A DNA stretch of 63,366 bases, counting the filler, from Folioceros fuciformis (Eukaryota): NCBI GenBank assembly GCA_049999805.1. It is 17 parts of 17 records of this genome, joined end to end, with 100 filler letters (N's around TTAATTAATTAA, not from the genome) between each part and the next. Parts side by side here need not be neighbours in the genome. Positions count along the whole stretch, not along the records: positions 34,982 to 48,274 come from JBNGIO010006785.1; positions 48,375 to 53,078 come from JBNGIO010006786.1; positions 53,179 to 55,513 come from JBNGIO010006787.1; 14 more parts are not named here. The stretch is one strand, 5' to 3'. Below the pieces are notes generated by a model. That model was not told the origin of the DNA and did no database searches. It saw only the letters and a list, made by a program, of their open reading frames with translations. Shown here one piece after another: positions 40,501-54,057 of the stretch; position 1 is the stretch's first letter; each line of letters starts with the position of its first letter. The translations under genes and the position numbers were made by a program.

Positions 40501-41200
40501 TTGCAAGAAACACCACTTGCCAAGATAACACCGTAACCAACAGCAGGTGTACGACGTATACCTCGCCCCCTAACTTCATTTTCAACACGCTGCCACCTGC
40601 AACTCGTTGCCATGGCCAAGCTAGGAGCAAGTTTAGCCGCACCAGAAAGACATCCAGTAGCCCCAACTTCACGAACTCCATTTCTCCTGACGGGAGCGCC
40701 TCTCCTACAGCAGCCCCGTTAGATAATTTGTCGCTCGCTTCATCTGTCTTCTTGGTATCACTATGAGTATCAGTACCAGTACCAGTACCCTTATCGTCTG
40801 AGGATTCTGCAACCACTCCAGGCTGGGTACTTCGGACCTGCGTCCCTCTTTCAATCAGAAACACCATTGCCCCGGAACCTGGTGAATTCCCCAGGTGCCT
40901 CCTCTGAAGCTGGATTTTAAACAGACACTCCCTATCCAACTTCGAAGAGAGCAGAACCTGCAACACAACACTGTTCAGTCAGTCCACTGATCACTTGCAA
41001 ACAGGTAAATCTCACGTTCCTGAACAGGCGGAGTATGTTGCAGGTCGTACAATTCTGAAAGACCTGCCATTGCAGGACGCGCAAAGGGATGTCGGAAGAT
41101 TAGAAACTTTCACTTTCCACACTCTGGTAGCACATGCTAAACTTTTTTGGCACACTGCCTGCACAGCCTGATGAGAATGGATCATCTTGGATGCCTTCAT
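37585..41200 (-). CDS. SPPA: Chloroplast signal peptide peptidase SppA (protease IV); multi-exon, start approximate
   Basis: [96 protein letters not shown] and QGRVWTG. Stop at 37585; the 5' exon junction is unresolved. Confidence 0.93.
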
Positions 41201-41992
41201 TTAGAGCGCGACACAAGAATCCTCCTCCTCCTTCACTGTATCCCTCCCCAAATTGATCTCAAACTGGACCACCAATCCACTCCAATGCCGCAAAGATATC
41301 ATTCACACAAGAGCTCTCCTCCGGAAGCCCAAGTCCAGAGTCATCAGTCTCATCCTCCTGATCGCAGCTACCGAATCCTGGCGGCTTTGTGCTGGGTTTC
41401 CCGGCGTCTTCACCACCCCGGTCGTCCCCGTAACGCTCGTCAGCAAAGCCTCCTCTCCACCACAAGAACCCACAGTCCTGGCTGACCCTCCAGCTCCACA
41501 CGCACAAGAACACGCTTCCTCCGGCAATGTGCTGGTCTGATCGTATCGACGTCATATTTTTGAGCTGCTTCCTTTTGCTCGAGGCGACGATGCTCCAGTC
41601 ACTCTCAGACACACACGCCTTACCCAAGTCAGTGGCTACCGGGCTAGCGCGCTTTGGTTGCGGCCTATGGTGACTTAAAAAATTCGTTAAAGCTCAAGGG
41701 CAGAACTTGAGGGAAAAAAAACCAATGTTAGCTAGCTAGGTAGCAAGATTCCGAGACACTGTGCTAGCTAGTTAACATCGTAGTAAGGCAAGTTAGTGTG
41801 GTAGCAGGGAAAAGAACTTCGAAATATTTACATTCGTAGTGGAGCCAAGGACTCTGGTGGCGCACCAGCGGGAACAAGAACGCGGCGGGAAATCGAGCTC
41901 CAGGGCGTGGAGTTGAGGATTTGGCGGCAGCGGCCGATCGGAACCCGGAGATTGCATTTGAGGAATCTTCGACGCTGCTGTGATCAGGCACC

Positions 41993-44900
41993 ATGTCGGG
42001 TTTCCACCTTCCTCCTTATGGCATGCAGACGATGCTCAAGGAGGGCCACAAGTTGCTGTCCGGCCTGGACGAGGCTGTGCTGCGGAACATCGATGCCTGC
42101 AAGCAGCTGTCGCAGATCACGCGCACGTCGCTTGGTCCCAATGGTTCGTCTTCGGAGGCTGGGCTTGCATTTCTGTGTCGTATCGGGTGTGGAGCTTGGT
42201 GTTCGCGGCTGTAGATCCGTCGTCCTGGTTGAATTTTTAGGGGTCAGGGTTTGGGGGGGTGGCAGGTTGGGAGTGCGGGGGGTTTTGACCCTGGTGTCTC
42301 AATTTTGGTTACTTGGCGCTGCTGGTGGGTGCAGGAATGAATAAAATGGTGATCAACCATTTGGACAAGGTTTTTGTTACCAGTGATGCTGGTACGATTG
42401 TGGATGAGCTTGAAGTGCAGCACCCTGCGGCGAAGTTGATGGTTTTGGCGGGAAAGGCTCAGCAGGAGGAGGTTGGAGACGGGGCCAATCTTGTGATCAC
42501 ATTTTCTGGAGAACTGCTTGAAGGGGCGGAGCAGTTGATCCGAATGGGGTTGCACCCGAGTGAAATTATTGGAGGATTCACGAAGGCCGCGACTAAGGTG
42601 CTTGGCTGTCGGAGTGGTGGCGATGTGGTGCATTTCTGCTTCTGCTGACAATGCACCTGGCAGCATCAGGTTAAACTTTTCATCCGGTTGGGCGAATACC
42701 TCTGTTGTATTTTCAGGTTCCGGAATTGCTGGAAGAGCTCGTTGAACCTGGTTCGGAAACAATGGATGTCCGGAATAAGGAGCAAGTTGTGCAGAGATTG
42801 CTGGCATGTGTTGCGAGCAAGCAATTCGGTCAGGAGCAGATACTCACTCCGCTGATTGCAGATGTACGTCGGTGGGGTAGCGGTCGCATTGTCATGGTTG
42901 TTCTTGGAAATGCTTTTGCTCTCATTGTTCTGGGATCTACCCTGGACGTTAAATTATCTCCCCTCTCCTAACGGTATGCTTTTGTCTGCTCTCTGGTCCG
43001 CAGGCTTGCATCCAGGTTTGTCCGAAGAATCCTGCAAACTTCAATGTGGACAATGTCCGTGTATCTAAGATTCTGGGTGCTGGCATTTATGACACCAATG
43101 TCGTGCGGGGAATGGTTTTGAAAGGAGATGCTCTGGGTACTATTAAGCACGCTTACAAGGCTAAAGTATGACTGACCACCTGTTCCTTCAGCTATTGAAG
43201 CCCACCTCGATGTTACAGTGTGCTGTATTTCCTAGCAGACTGTGAGGTTTAAAGTGGGGTGCATGATTGGTTGTGCAGATTGCTGTGTTTGGAGTAGGGG
43301 TTGACACATCTGCAACGGAGACGAAGGGCACTGTTCTCATCCAAAACGCGAAACAGGTTCGAGCACCCATTGCAGAAACTTTTCTCTTTATGCTTGTCCA
43401 AGCTCTGATACTAACGCGTCCCAGGTTCATGCCCGATCTTCTCTCAGCTGGAAAACTATGCCAAAACAGAAGAGGCAAAGATTGAAGAGCTTATTAAGTC
43501 AATAGCTGATTCAGGGGCCTCAGTTATTGTCAGTGGAGGTGCTGTAGGGGAAATGGCCTTGCATTTCTGTGAGCGCTATAAGTAAGTTCACAGTTTGTGA
43601 TCTGTGTCTTCTAGAGAATTCCAAGCATGCTGCAGCATACACCTCCGTCACGTTACTAATGACTATTCATTAATATAAGAGAAAGCTGATCCTTGTCCCT
43701 ATGTATGTAGACTTATGGTGGTAAAGATAGCCTCGAAGTTTGAACTTCGACGTTTCTGCCGGACGACAGGTGCAGTTGCCCAAGTAAGTTTTGCTTGTGC
43801 CTTCGTTACTTCTATTGCTGGCTGGCCAAACGCCTTCACTTTCGACGGGGGATGTATTCCACCAATGCATCCAAGTCTCTGTTCAACAGGTGAAGATGAA
43901 CCAACCAGCTGCTGATGAGCTAGGGTATGCGGACTCTTTATCTGTGGATGAGATAGGTGGTACACGGGTAAATTGCAAAGTCGCTGGCTTTTGTGCAATA
44001 ATTTTTTCTTAAACCTCGGTTGGCTACGGAAATTCCTTTCGATTGTGCCCTCAGGGAGCAATTTTTCACTTTGTGCCACGTATTTTTTGCAGGTTACGAT
44101 TGTAAAAAATGATGCTGGAAATCTGGTTTCCACAATTGTGATTCGTGGTGCCACAGATAGCTCGTTGGATGATGTAGAACGAGCAATTGATGATGGCGTT
44201 AATTCTTACAAGGTACACAAGGCTTCCGTATTGAGGTGGTTTGATCTGGTACTTGTTGCTTGCACTTGACGATGATGGGTGACCTTGTAATGCAGGCCAT
44301 CTGCAAGGACAGCAGAATAGTTCCAGGCGCCGGTGCCACAGAGGTTGAACTGGCCAGCAGGCTAAAGGAGTTTTCTTCTACTGAAGTTGGGTATGCCAAG
44401 AGATGTGCTTTGCACTGCGAGTATGTCCATTGCTTTCTCCTTTTCCCGATTGTGATTTTCAAGGAGTTCATGCGGATGACTGCAGGCTGGAAAAGTACGC
44501 AATTGAGAAATTCGCAGAGAGCTTTGAGGTTGTGCCTCGAATTTTGGCAGAGAATGCTGGTTTGAATGGGACCGAGATTGTGTCTTCCCTCTATGCGGCA
44601 CATGCAGCCGGAAATGCCAAGGCTGGTGTGGATGTGGAACAGGGTGAAGTCAAAGACAAATCTGCTGACAACATATGGGACTTGTATGCCACCAAGTATG
44701 TTCCTTCCCCGGCCTTGTTATGTCTCGATTTGCTCTCTGGAATGGTCAGTGCCTCATTCTTACAACGTAATTGGTTGCAATTCAGGTTCTGGGCAACCAA
44801 GCTTGCAGCCGATGCTGCCTGCACCGTTCTTCGAGTAGATCAGGTAAAGAAGCAAGAACAAGTCTCACTTGTTCTATACTGCTCTACGTGAGTCTTTCAG

Positions 44901-45017
44901 CTTATTGGCATTCGACGTGACTGGATCTAAGCTTTTGCTCAACAGATTATCATGGCAAAGCCAGCGGGAGGACCTAAAAAGGATCGAGCGGTCATGGACG
45001 GGGCCGATGAAGACTAG
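41993..45017 (+). CDS. CCT8: Chaperonin CCT/TRiC subunit theta, multi-exon, complete
   Basis: PYGMQTMLKEGHK..LDEAVLRNIDACK..RTSLGPNGMNKMVINHLDK, GDG, SKFELRRFCRTTGA, PGAGATE and VLRVDQIIMAKPAGGP..DGADED*. All junctions are GT-AG. Confidence 0.97.
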
Positions 45018-45564
45018 CTTCCTCGCGCCTTGTTGGGAGAAAACCTTTTCGAATTGTAAAGTAGTGGGCTGTGCACACCCTGGGTGTCCAGGTCCGCTGC
45101 CTAGAAGCTTTGCAGGGCGGGTGCGCACTTGCCACGTCACTGCCGTCCAATTTTGAAGCACGTGAATCATCTCTCAATAATTGAGAGATGCGACCGTCAG
45201 ACATTTCGCAAGATGCTTGTGGATTTCGATGTAGTGGGCTGCGAGCAGCTGATTGTCAGCGTCTTTTCCGTTCCCTAATGAAGTTTTGTTCCGGTTCTTC
45301 TGGACTCGACGCTATCAACTTCGCAACCGAAGCCTCACAACGATCGCGCCGGCTGGTTGCGGTGGCTGCACCTGATCGCTGTTCTCTGGAGGTTATCACA
45401 CGAACACGCTAACGATTTCTTTTGGACTGTTTGCCTGTGCTCGATGTTCGATCAATTCGTGCTTATTGTACTCCTGTTTGTGCTGCAATAACTCGATTAT
45501 TGCTCGTGCTCGACAGTGAAGGACTGCTGGTGCTTGACAGTGGAGGATTGCTCGTACAGAATTT

Positions 45565-45635
45565 GACAGTTGCATCCATGCTACAATGTAAGCGACGACT
45601 GACCTCACTTACATTGTAGCATGGATGCCACTGCC
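45565..45635. ncRNA. Candidate miRNA-like hairpin (perfect 21-bp stem, 15-nt loop)
   Basis: GCATCCATGCTACAATGTAAG (45572-45592) pairs perfectly with CTTACATTGTAGCATGGATGC (45608-45628), and imperfect pairing continues outward. Confidence 0.45.
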
Positions 45636-46202
45636 TGCCGTCGTCGATAATGTGTCTGTAATTCCTTGTTGATTTAAATGACAGCATCACAACTGAACAG
45701 ACGATGGTATAGGAATGGCTGGAATCTTGCACGGGCCGAGCTCCATGAGTTTGACTTAGGGTAAGTGATTGGAAGGTCGTAAGCTCAAGAGCAAGCTGTG
45801 ATTTTGCTCCAACTTTTTGAAGCATGGTGAAAGGACTGGTTCCATGTACGACGAGCTCGATTAAATTTTGTGAACTTTTGACGCAGATGCAAGTGGATAC
45901 ACGGCCATCGCAGTAGTGGGGGCGTGGAGAGGACATGCTTGTCGGTTTCAATAGGCTTGCAGTGCCTTCTGGCTCCTGAGGACACATCTGGTAGGCTAGC
46001 ATGTTCTGCACACTGCCAGGGAAGGAAGATGGCGACAGCAGGTCGAAATGACCCGAGTCATCTATCCAACGTGTCAGAAATTCCACGTAGACGGGAGGTC
46101 AAAGTTGAGGTAGGAGGTCAATTTGAAAGGCTCGGTTTCTCCGTCCCTTGGTACTTTGCCCTGAAGTTTTGCTTGGTTTCTCGTCTCCTCCACTGTGCTG
46201 CC

Positions 46203-48274
<2,072 letters not shown>

Positions 48275-48688
48275 NNNNNNNNNNNNNNNNNNNNNNNNNN
48301 NNNNNNNNNNNNNNNNNNTTAATTAATTAANNNNNNNNNNNNNNNNNNNNNNNNNNNNNNNNNNNNNNNNNNNNGGAGGAGGAGGAGTAGGGTTAGAGTG
48401 GGGAGATGGAGGAGGGAAGCACGGGGAGGAGTCTCCCGTGGGCTGGGGGAGCAGCGCTTCTGGCAAGGTGATTTTTGTGGTAGTTGTAGGAAACTTACTT
48501 GGTGCAGGTGTAGTTGTGTGAATGGGAGAATGTAGTGGCTGACAAGTATGGATGGATGGTTGGCACAGGGAGATGTCCCCGAGTCCTCCTTCCCTGCAGG
48601 AAAGGATGATGTTGCTGACTCTGCCGGCTGGTACTCTTCGTGAACACTACGGCTCATTTCCAAGGAGTGCAGGGTTTGTCATCTTTTG

Positions 48689-51600
48689 ATGCTGGGTACG
48701 ATGTTGAAGTCTCCTCTCTCTGCCTTGGCTTGGTCTAGGAAGCCTGAAGCGACCGGTGGGGGTCGGCTTGTCGGTGGTGCTTTTGCACGCTTGAATAAGC
48801 TGTGTCAGGAGGGCCCGCTGCGTGAGGCAGTTGCAGGTGTGCAGGAAACGTGCCGAACAGGGGGTCCTCCTGTGGCTACCAATGTATTCTACGGGCTGCT
48901 GCAACGGTGCATCCGCGAGAGAGATTTGGGTGCGGGCAGGCTTGTTCATGCACTGATTGTGAAGGAGAGGAGTGGGCTGAGCGACTACCTGGGTGGCCAT
49001 GTCATTCGAATGTATGATGCTTGTGGGAGTCTGGAAGAAGCGAATCAGGTTTTTCGAAAGCTTTCTTCGCCCAGTGTATTTGTTTGGGCTGCGATTCTTG
49101 CAGCCAACAACAATCATGGAGAGGCCAGGCAGGCTCTCGGGTTGTACCGAGAGATGCACCAGTCTGGCTTGCTGGCGGATAATTATGTGTTGGTGGCGGC
49201 GCTGAAGGCTTGTGCCGGGGCTCTGTCCTTGACAGATGGGAGGCAAGTCCATCGCCAGGTGGTGGAAGCTGGAGTTGAAGCTGATGTGTTTGTGGGGAAC
49301 ACTCTTATTGATATGTATGCCAAGTGTGGCAGCATGGAGGATGCACTGTCTGTGTTTGGTAGAATGCCGAACAGAAACGATGTGACCTGGACGACCATGC
49401 TCACAGGATACAGTCAGCATGGACAATGTGAGGAGGCGCTCAAACTGTTTCAACGAATGCGGGAGGAGGGCCTGCAACCAAACCAGGTGACGCTTGTGCG
49501 CATTCTGAAAGCTTGTGCAAGTGCTGGAGCTTTGGATCAGGGCAGGGTGATCCATGACTACATCCGGGAATGTGGGTTTGACCAAAATTTGTTTGTTGGC
49601 AGCACTCTCATCGATATGTACTCGAGATGCGGCAGCCTGCAGGATGCTCGACGTGTGTTTGACACTGTGCTCCGACGGGATCTCGTGACCTGGACTTCCA
49701 TGATTGCAGCTTACATTCAGCATGGAGATGGGGAGGAGGCCCTTCATCTCTTGTCGCAAATGCAGCAAGCGGGTTTTAGTCCGGACAAGGTGGCCGTGGT
49801 GAGCGGCTTGAAAGCATGCTCCATCACGGGAGGCCTAGAGCAGGGTAAGGTGATCCATGCATACATCCGAGCGAATAGCTTGGACTCCAACGTGTTTATC
49901 GGAAGCATTCTCGTGGATATGTATGCCAAGTGTGGGAGCGTGGAGGAGGCTCGCAGCGTGTTTGACACTCTGTCCACTCGCGATGTTGTGACGTGGAATG
50001 CAATGATTACCGGTTATGCCCTCCAAGGAAGCGACCTCGAGGCTATTCAGCTATCTCAGGAGATGCAACTGGCTGGCTGGGAGCCAAATCCAATCACACT
50101 GGTGAGCATCTTGAAAGCTTGTTCCAGTGTAACTGCCCTAGATCATGGCAGGGTACTTCATGCTGGGATAGAGGAAAGGGGTCTCGCGGAAAATGCCTTT
50201 GTTCACAGTGCACTCATCGACATGTATTGCAAATCTGGTAGCTTAGAGGATGCTCGCCGATGTTTTGATTCTTTCCAGGAGACCAGAGATTTGGTTTCTT
50301 GGAATGCAATGATTGGAGGTTATGTGCAACAGGGGGATGGTCAAGGGGCCCTCAAGCTGTTCAGACAGATGCAAGAGGAGAGTGTACAGGCGGATAAAGT
50401 CACACTCATGAACTGCCTGAAAGCATGCTCCTCTCTGGCATCGTGGGGGGATCGTGGCAACCTGACCCTAGCTCTGATCCCCGGTCTGGATATTAATCTC
50501 AGAAGCAGGGCGGATGCCATGGCTGTTGAGCGTGGAAGCCCTGAAGAATTAGACTATCAGTCTGGGAACGAGGAGAAAACTTTCCACTTTTCTAGTGAAA
50601 AACAGCGAGCCACTGTCACAGCAAGGAACACCTTGGCAACTCAGAATGCAGTACCAGCAGCTCTCGAACAGGGCCAATTGCTACATGCCCAGATAATGGA
50701 AAAGGGCTTCGAGTCCGATGTCAGTATCAGAAGCACCCTAATTGACATGTATGCAAAATGCGGCAGCCTGCAAACTGCCCGCAGATTGTTTGAGAGGTAT
50801 CCAACCAGAGACTTGGTCGCATGGAATGCAATGATTGGAGGATATGTCCAGCAGGGAGCTGGTGCAGAGGCTCTCCAGTTGTTTGGACGATTGCGAGACG
50901 AACGCATGGAACCAGATCAGGTGACTCTTTTGAGCACTCTGAAAGCTTGCGCAAGCATAGCCGCACTAGACCAGGGTCGACAAATTCATGAATACATACA
51001 GGAACATGGGCTTGAATCTGATTCTGTAGTTTACAACACTCTCATTGACATGTATTCGAAGTGTGGTAGTCTGGGTGACGCACGCAGAGTGTTTCAGAGG
51101 ATATCCAAAAAGGATCAGGTGACGTGGAATGCAATGATTGGAGCTTGTGCCCAGCATGGGAATGGCCAAGAAGCTGTTCATCTCTTCCAGGAAATGCAGC
51201 GGCAGGGTATGTGTCCAGATAACGTCACATTTGTGTGTGTGCTATCTGCTTGCAGCCACTCCGGGTTAGTGGATGAGGGCAACAGTTTCTTCCGAGCCAT
51301 GTGCCAAGACTTTTGCATCACTCCACAGATGGAACATTATGTCTGCATGGTAGACCTTTTGGGCAGATCGGGACAGCTGGAGGATGCAGAGAAGTTCATT
51401 CAAGATATACCAGCAGGGGAAGGTTGCGTAGATGTGTTCAGGTCATTGCTCGGGGCATGTCGAAATCACGGCAACGTAGAGCTAGGAAAGATGGTGTTTG
51501 AGGCCATTACAAGTAAAGATCCTTGTCACTCTGCTGCATACGTGTTGATGGCAGACATGTATGCTGCTGTTGGCAGGTGGGCCGACGAAGAAAGTATACG

Positions 51601-51793
51601 AATGAAGATGAGAAGCGTTGGCATTACGAAGGAGCCTGGGCGCACATGGATGGAGATCGACGGTGAAGTGCACACGTTTATTGTAGAAGATACAGAGCAC
51701 ACAGCTAGGAAACAGATTTATGCCAAGCTGGGTACTCTGTTGCAGACAATCGAGCAACATCGACACATCCAGACAGCTGTAAATGTAGAATAG
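48689..51793 (+). CDS. PLS-class pentatricopeptide repeat protein, E+ type (no DYW deaminase), intronless
   Basis: About 23 P/L/S motifs ending in P2-L2-S2, then E1, E2 and the PG box (PGRTWMEIDGEVHTF). The stop comes before any HxE/CxxC/DYW motif. Confidence 0.96.
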   Translation: MLGTMLKSPLSALAWSRKPEATGGGRLVGGAFARLNKLCQEGPLREAVAGVQETCRTGGPPVATNVFYGLLQRCIRERDLGAGRLVHALIVKERSGLSDYLGGHVIRMYDACGSLEEANQVFRKLSSPSVFVWAAILAANNNHGEARQALGLYREMHQSGLLADNYVLVAALKACAGALSLTDGRQVHRQVVEAGVEADVFVGNTLIDMYAKCGSMEDALSVFGRMPNRNDVTWTTMLTGYSQHGQCEEALKLFQRMREEGLQPNQVTLVRILKACASAGALDQGRVIHDYIRECGFDQNLFVGSTLIDMYSRCGSLQDARRVFDTVLRRDLVTWTSMIAAYIQHGDGEEALHLLSQMQQAGFSPDKVAVVSGLKACSITGGLEQGKVIHAYIRANSLDSNVFIGSILVDMYAKCGSVEEARSVFDTLSTRDVVTWNAMITGYALQGSDLEAIQLSQEMQLAGWEPNPITLVSILKACSSVTALDHGRVLHAGIEERGLAENAFVHSALIDMYCKSGSLEDARRCFDSFQETRDLVSWNAMIGGYVQQGDGQGALKLFRQMQEESVQADKVTLMNCLKACSSLASWGDRGNLTLALIPGLDINLRSRADAMAVERGSPEELDYQSGNEEKTFHFSSEKQRATVTARNTLATQNAVPAALEQGQLLHAQIMEKGFESDVSIRSTLIDMYAKCGSLQTARRLFERYPTRDLVAWNAMIGGYVQQGAGAEALQLFGRLRDERMEPDQVTLLSTLKACASIAALDQGRQIHEYIQEHGLESDSVVYNTLIDMYSKCGSLGDARRVFQRISKKDQVTWNAMIGACAQHGNGQEAVHLFQEMQRQGMCPDNVTFVCVLSACSHSGLVDEGNSFFRAMCQDFCITPQMEHYVCMVDLLGRSGQLEDAEKFIQDIPAGEGCVDVFRSLLGACRNHGNVELGKMVFEAITSKDPCHSAAYVLMADMYAAVGRWADEESIRMKMRSVGITKEPGRTWMEIDGEVHTFIVEDTEHTARKQIYAKLGTLLQTIEQHRHIQTAVNVE

Positions 51794-52332
51794 TACGTAA
51801 CTTCAAATATTATATGGGATATATTGGGTGTTCAGAAAAATAAATTAGCTATAATCTACTGTAAAAACCTGTGGGTGGCACGAGGAAGAGGCTGCACAAG
51901 CGACAGGAGAAATAGGAAGATGCTCTCGACGTAACTATGAATTGTGAAAGCCGTACTGCGCTATAACTCTCCCCTCCATCGACTAGATTGAGCATGGACC
52001 TTCCACTCGACAAACACATCGAAACCTGTCATGTTCAAGGCAATGTGCCACTTTCCTGCTGATTGTGACATGAATCTATATCCAAGGAACTGACAGTGCT
52101 CGGTGAATGCCTGATGGATAGTTATTGTATACTAGTCAATTACCTCGTCGTCTAGTCTTCAAGACAGACTTTGTCTCTTGCCACGGACGTCAGATGGATG
52201 AACGCAGGTAGGAGGTACTGCGCATTTCTAAACACAAAAGAATCAACCGAAGACTGAAACCCTCCTTCCACTCCCAGACTTACAGGAGCAGAGACAAATC
52301 AAAACTGCTTTCTGATCAATGGTTTGAGGGTT

Positions 52333-53078
52333 TTAGGTCTCCTTGGGCTTCCTTCTGCCAAGCAACCCTCCATCCTTGGCATAGAATCTGATTAAGCCTA
52401 ACCATAACTTATACACCCAGACCATGCTACCAGATATGGCAAAGGTAATCTTGGCCATCCAGCAATATGCCAGCCATCTGGGAATGGCACCGTCAGCTTG
52501 GCCTGTAAGATAAAACTTGCCAAGCTCCCACACCAAGTAAGGCCCCAGGATGCCTCTGATGAAGGTGAAATATACCGTGAAAAACGGGGACAAGTTGGTG
52601 TAGATCTTCTTGGACAAGGGATACTGCTCCCGCGACATTCGAGCCAGCGTCCAGATATTCTGCACCGGGCTGGTGGCCTCCCCTGCCGCAATCAAACACA
52701 TAACAGATGTAGCGCCGGCTCCAACGTAGTAGCGGCAGGACACCATGTATGTCAGAGTGGCAATATGATGACCGATGAAGAGGAAATCATCGGGTGCCGC
52801 ATAGAAGTAATTCAGCAGGTCCACAACAAAATAGGCCATGCTGTACTCCATAATCTTATTCTGCGAGGCAGTGTTAGGTCCATCCAGCGACCACTCATTG
52901 TGCCACAAATCAATGCCCGCGAGAATGGCCGACAAGGTGCCATGCAGGAAGGAGATGCAACAGCTGGCCGCCTCGTACCTAGGCCGCCCCGTCCAGTGCC
53001 TGAAGAGAACCAGGAACCCGAACGCATACACCACAGAAAACACTCCCAGCGAATACACAAACACCAGCGAGTCCCCCA
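52333..53078 (-). CDS. TLC (TRAM/LAG1/CLN8) domain membrane protein, start missing
   Basis: EAASCCISFLHGT, NTASQNKIMEYSMAYFVVD, FIGHHIATL and EATSPVQNIWTL, with multiple transmembrane segments in a single open frame. Confidence 0.9.
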
Positions 53079-54057
53079 NNNNNNNNNNNNNNNNNNNNNN
53101 NNNNNNNNNNNNNNNNNNNNNNTTAATTAATTAANNNNNNNNNNNNNNNNNNNNNNNNNNNNNNNNNNNNNNNNNNNNTCACTCACCTTCTCCAACTGGC
53201 GCTCGCCCGCCCACCCGCCTGCGCTTGTCCCAGATCTTGGTCCCCTAGGTCGTCACGACCCTCGAGTTTGCCACACGACAACCCGCAGAGCTCCCTGCGG
53301 CCCTGCGGTTCTGGTGGTATCAAAATTCAGTCAAGGAAGTATGGGAAAGAGTTGATGAGGCAAGCTCTCACAAAGACTACCAAGATTAGACCCGCCCTCG
53401 CCGGCGGATATGTGGGCAAAGTCGGGGCTGTTGCAACCTGCTCAATTCTCTCCATAACAACTGAAAGGCAATGTCTGATGAGACCGTGGCCTAATGAGGA
53501 TCGAAAAAGCCCACGTATCCATCTACCTCATGCCTACCGTCAGCCATATGTCTCTCTTATGGCCTTGCGGGTCAGAGAGCCAAGCCAAGCTGCCATCCTT
53601 CGACCTCACAGCCTCAGCCATAGACGCCCTCATTGAACAGAGCATGCGTGAAGTATCCTACCAACGATGTTACAAGAACAAGTTATCTGAGGTTGTCAGA
53701 TACGAGTAAAGCATTCCTTGGATCAAGTTTCCGGTACACCCACTACTGAGGGAGACGTCAAAACCACGACCTACTTGTTCTGGGATACAAAAGCTCAGGA
53801 CACATCAGAGAGAGCTGATGTCTATTCCAGATGGCGAGCATGGAGGCGCCAGAGAGCCCATTCTGCATAAATAGGTATTCGGAAGCACGCAACCATGTGG
53901 CCTTCACAAGCCACTACTAGAGCACAATTTAAATGTACAATGTAGTCTGTCCTGGGCATTCAACAGCTAAACGTGAGAGTGCGAGCGGAGTTCGAACTCC
54001 AGGGCTACCACAATCCAAAAGGGGTCATTCTACGTCGAGCCCACCCAAGCGTCGTTC

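Noticed and set aside
45463..46086. 207-aa minus-strand ORF between CCT8 and GSNOR
   Set aside because: It has a non-ATG start and no recognisable domain, and it overlaps the hairpin and repeats.
48647..49768. 373-aa antisense ORF to the PPR gene (similar shadows occur over the FLZ, TLC and lectin genes)
   Set aside because: Antisense shadow ORFs arising from codon bias of the real genes.
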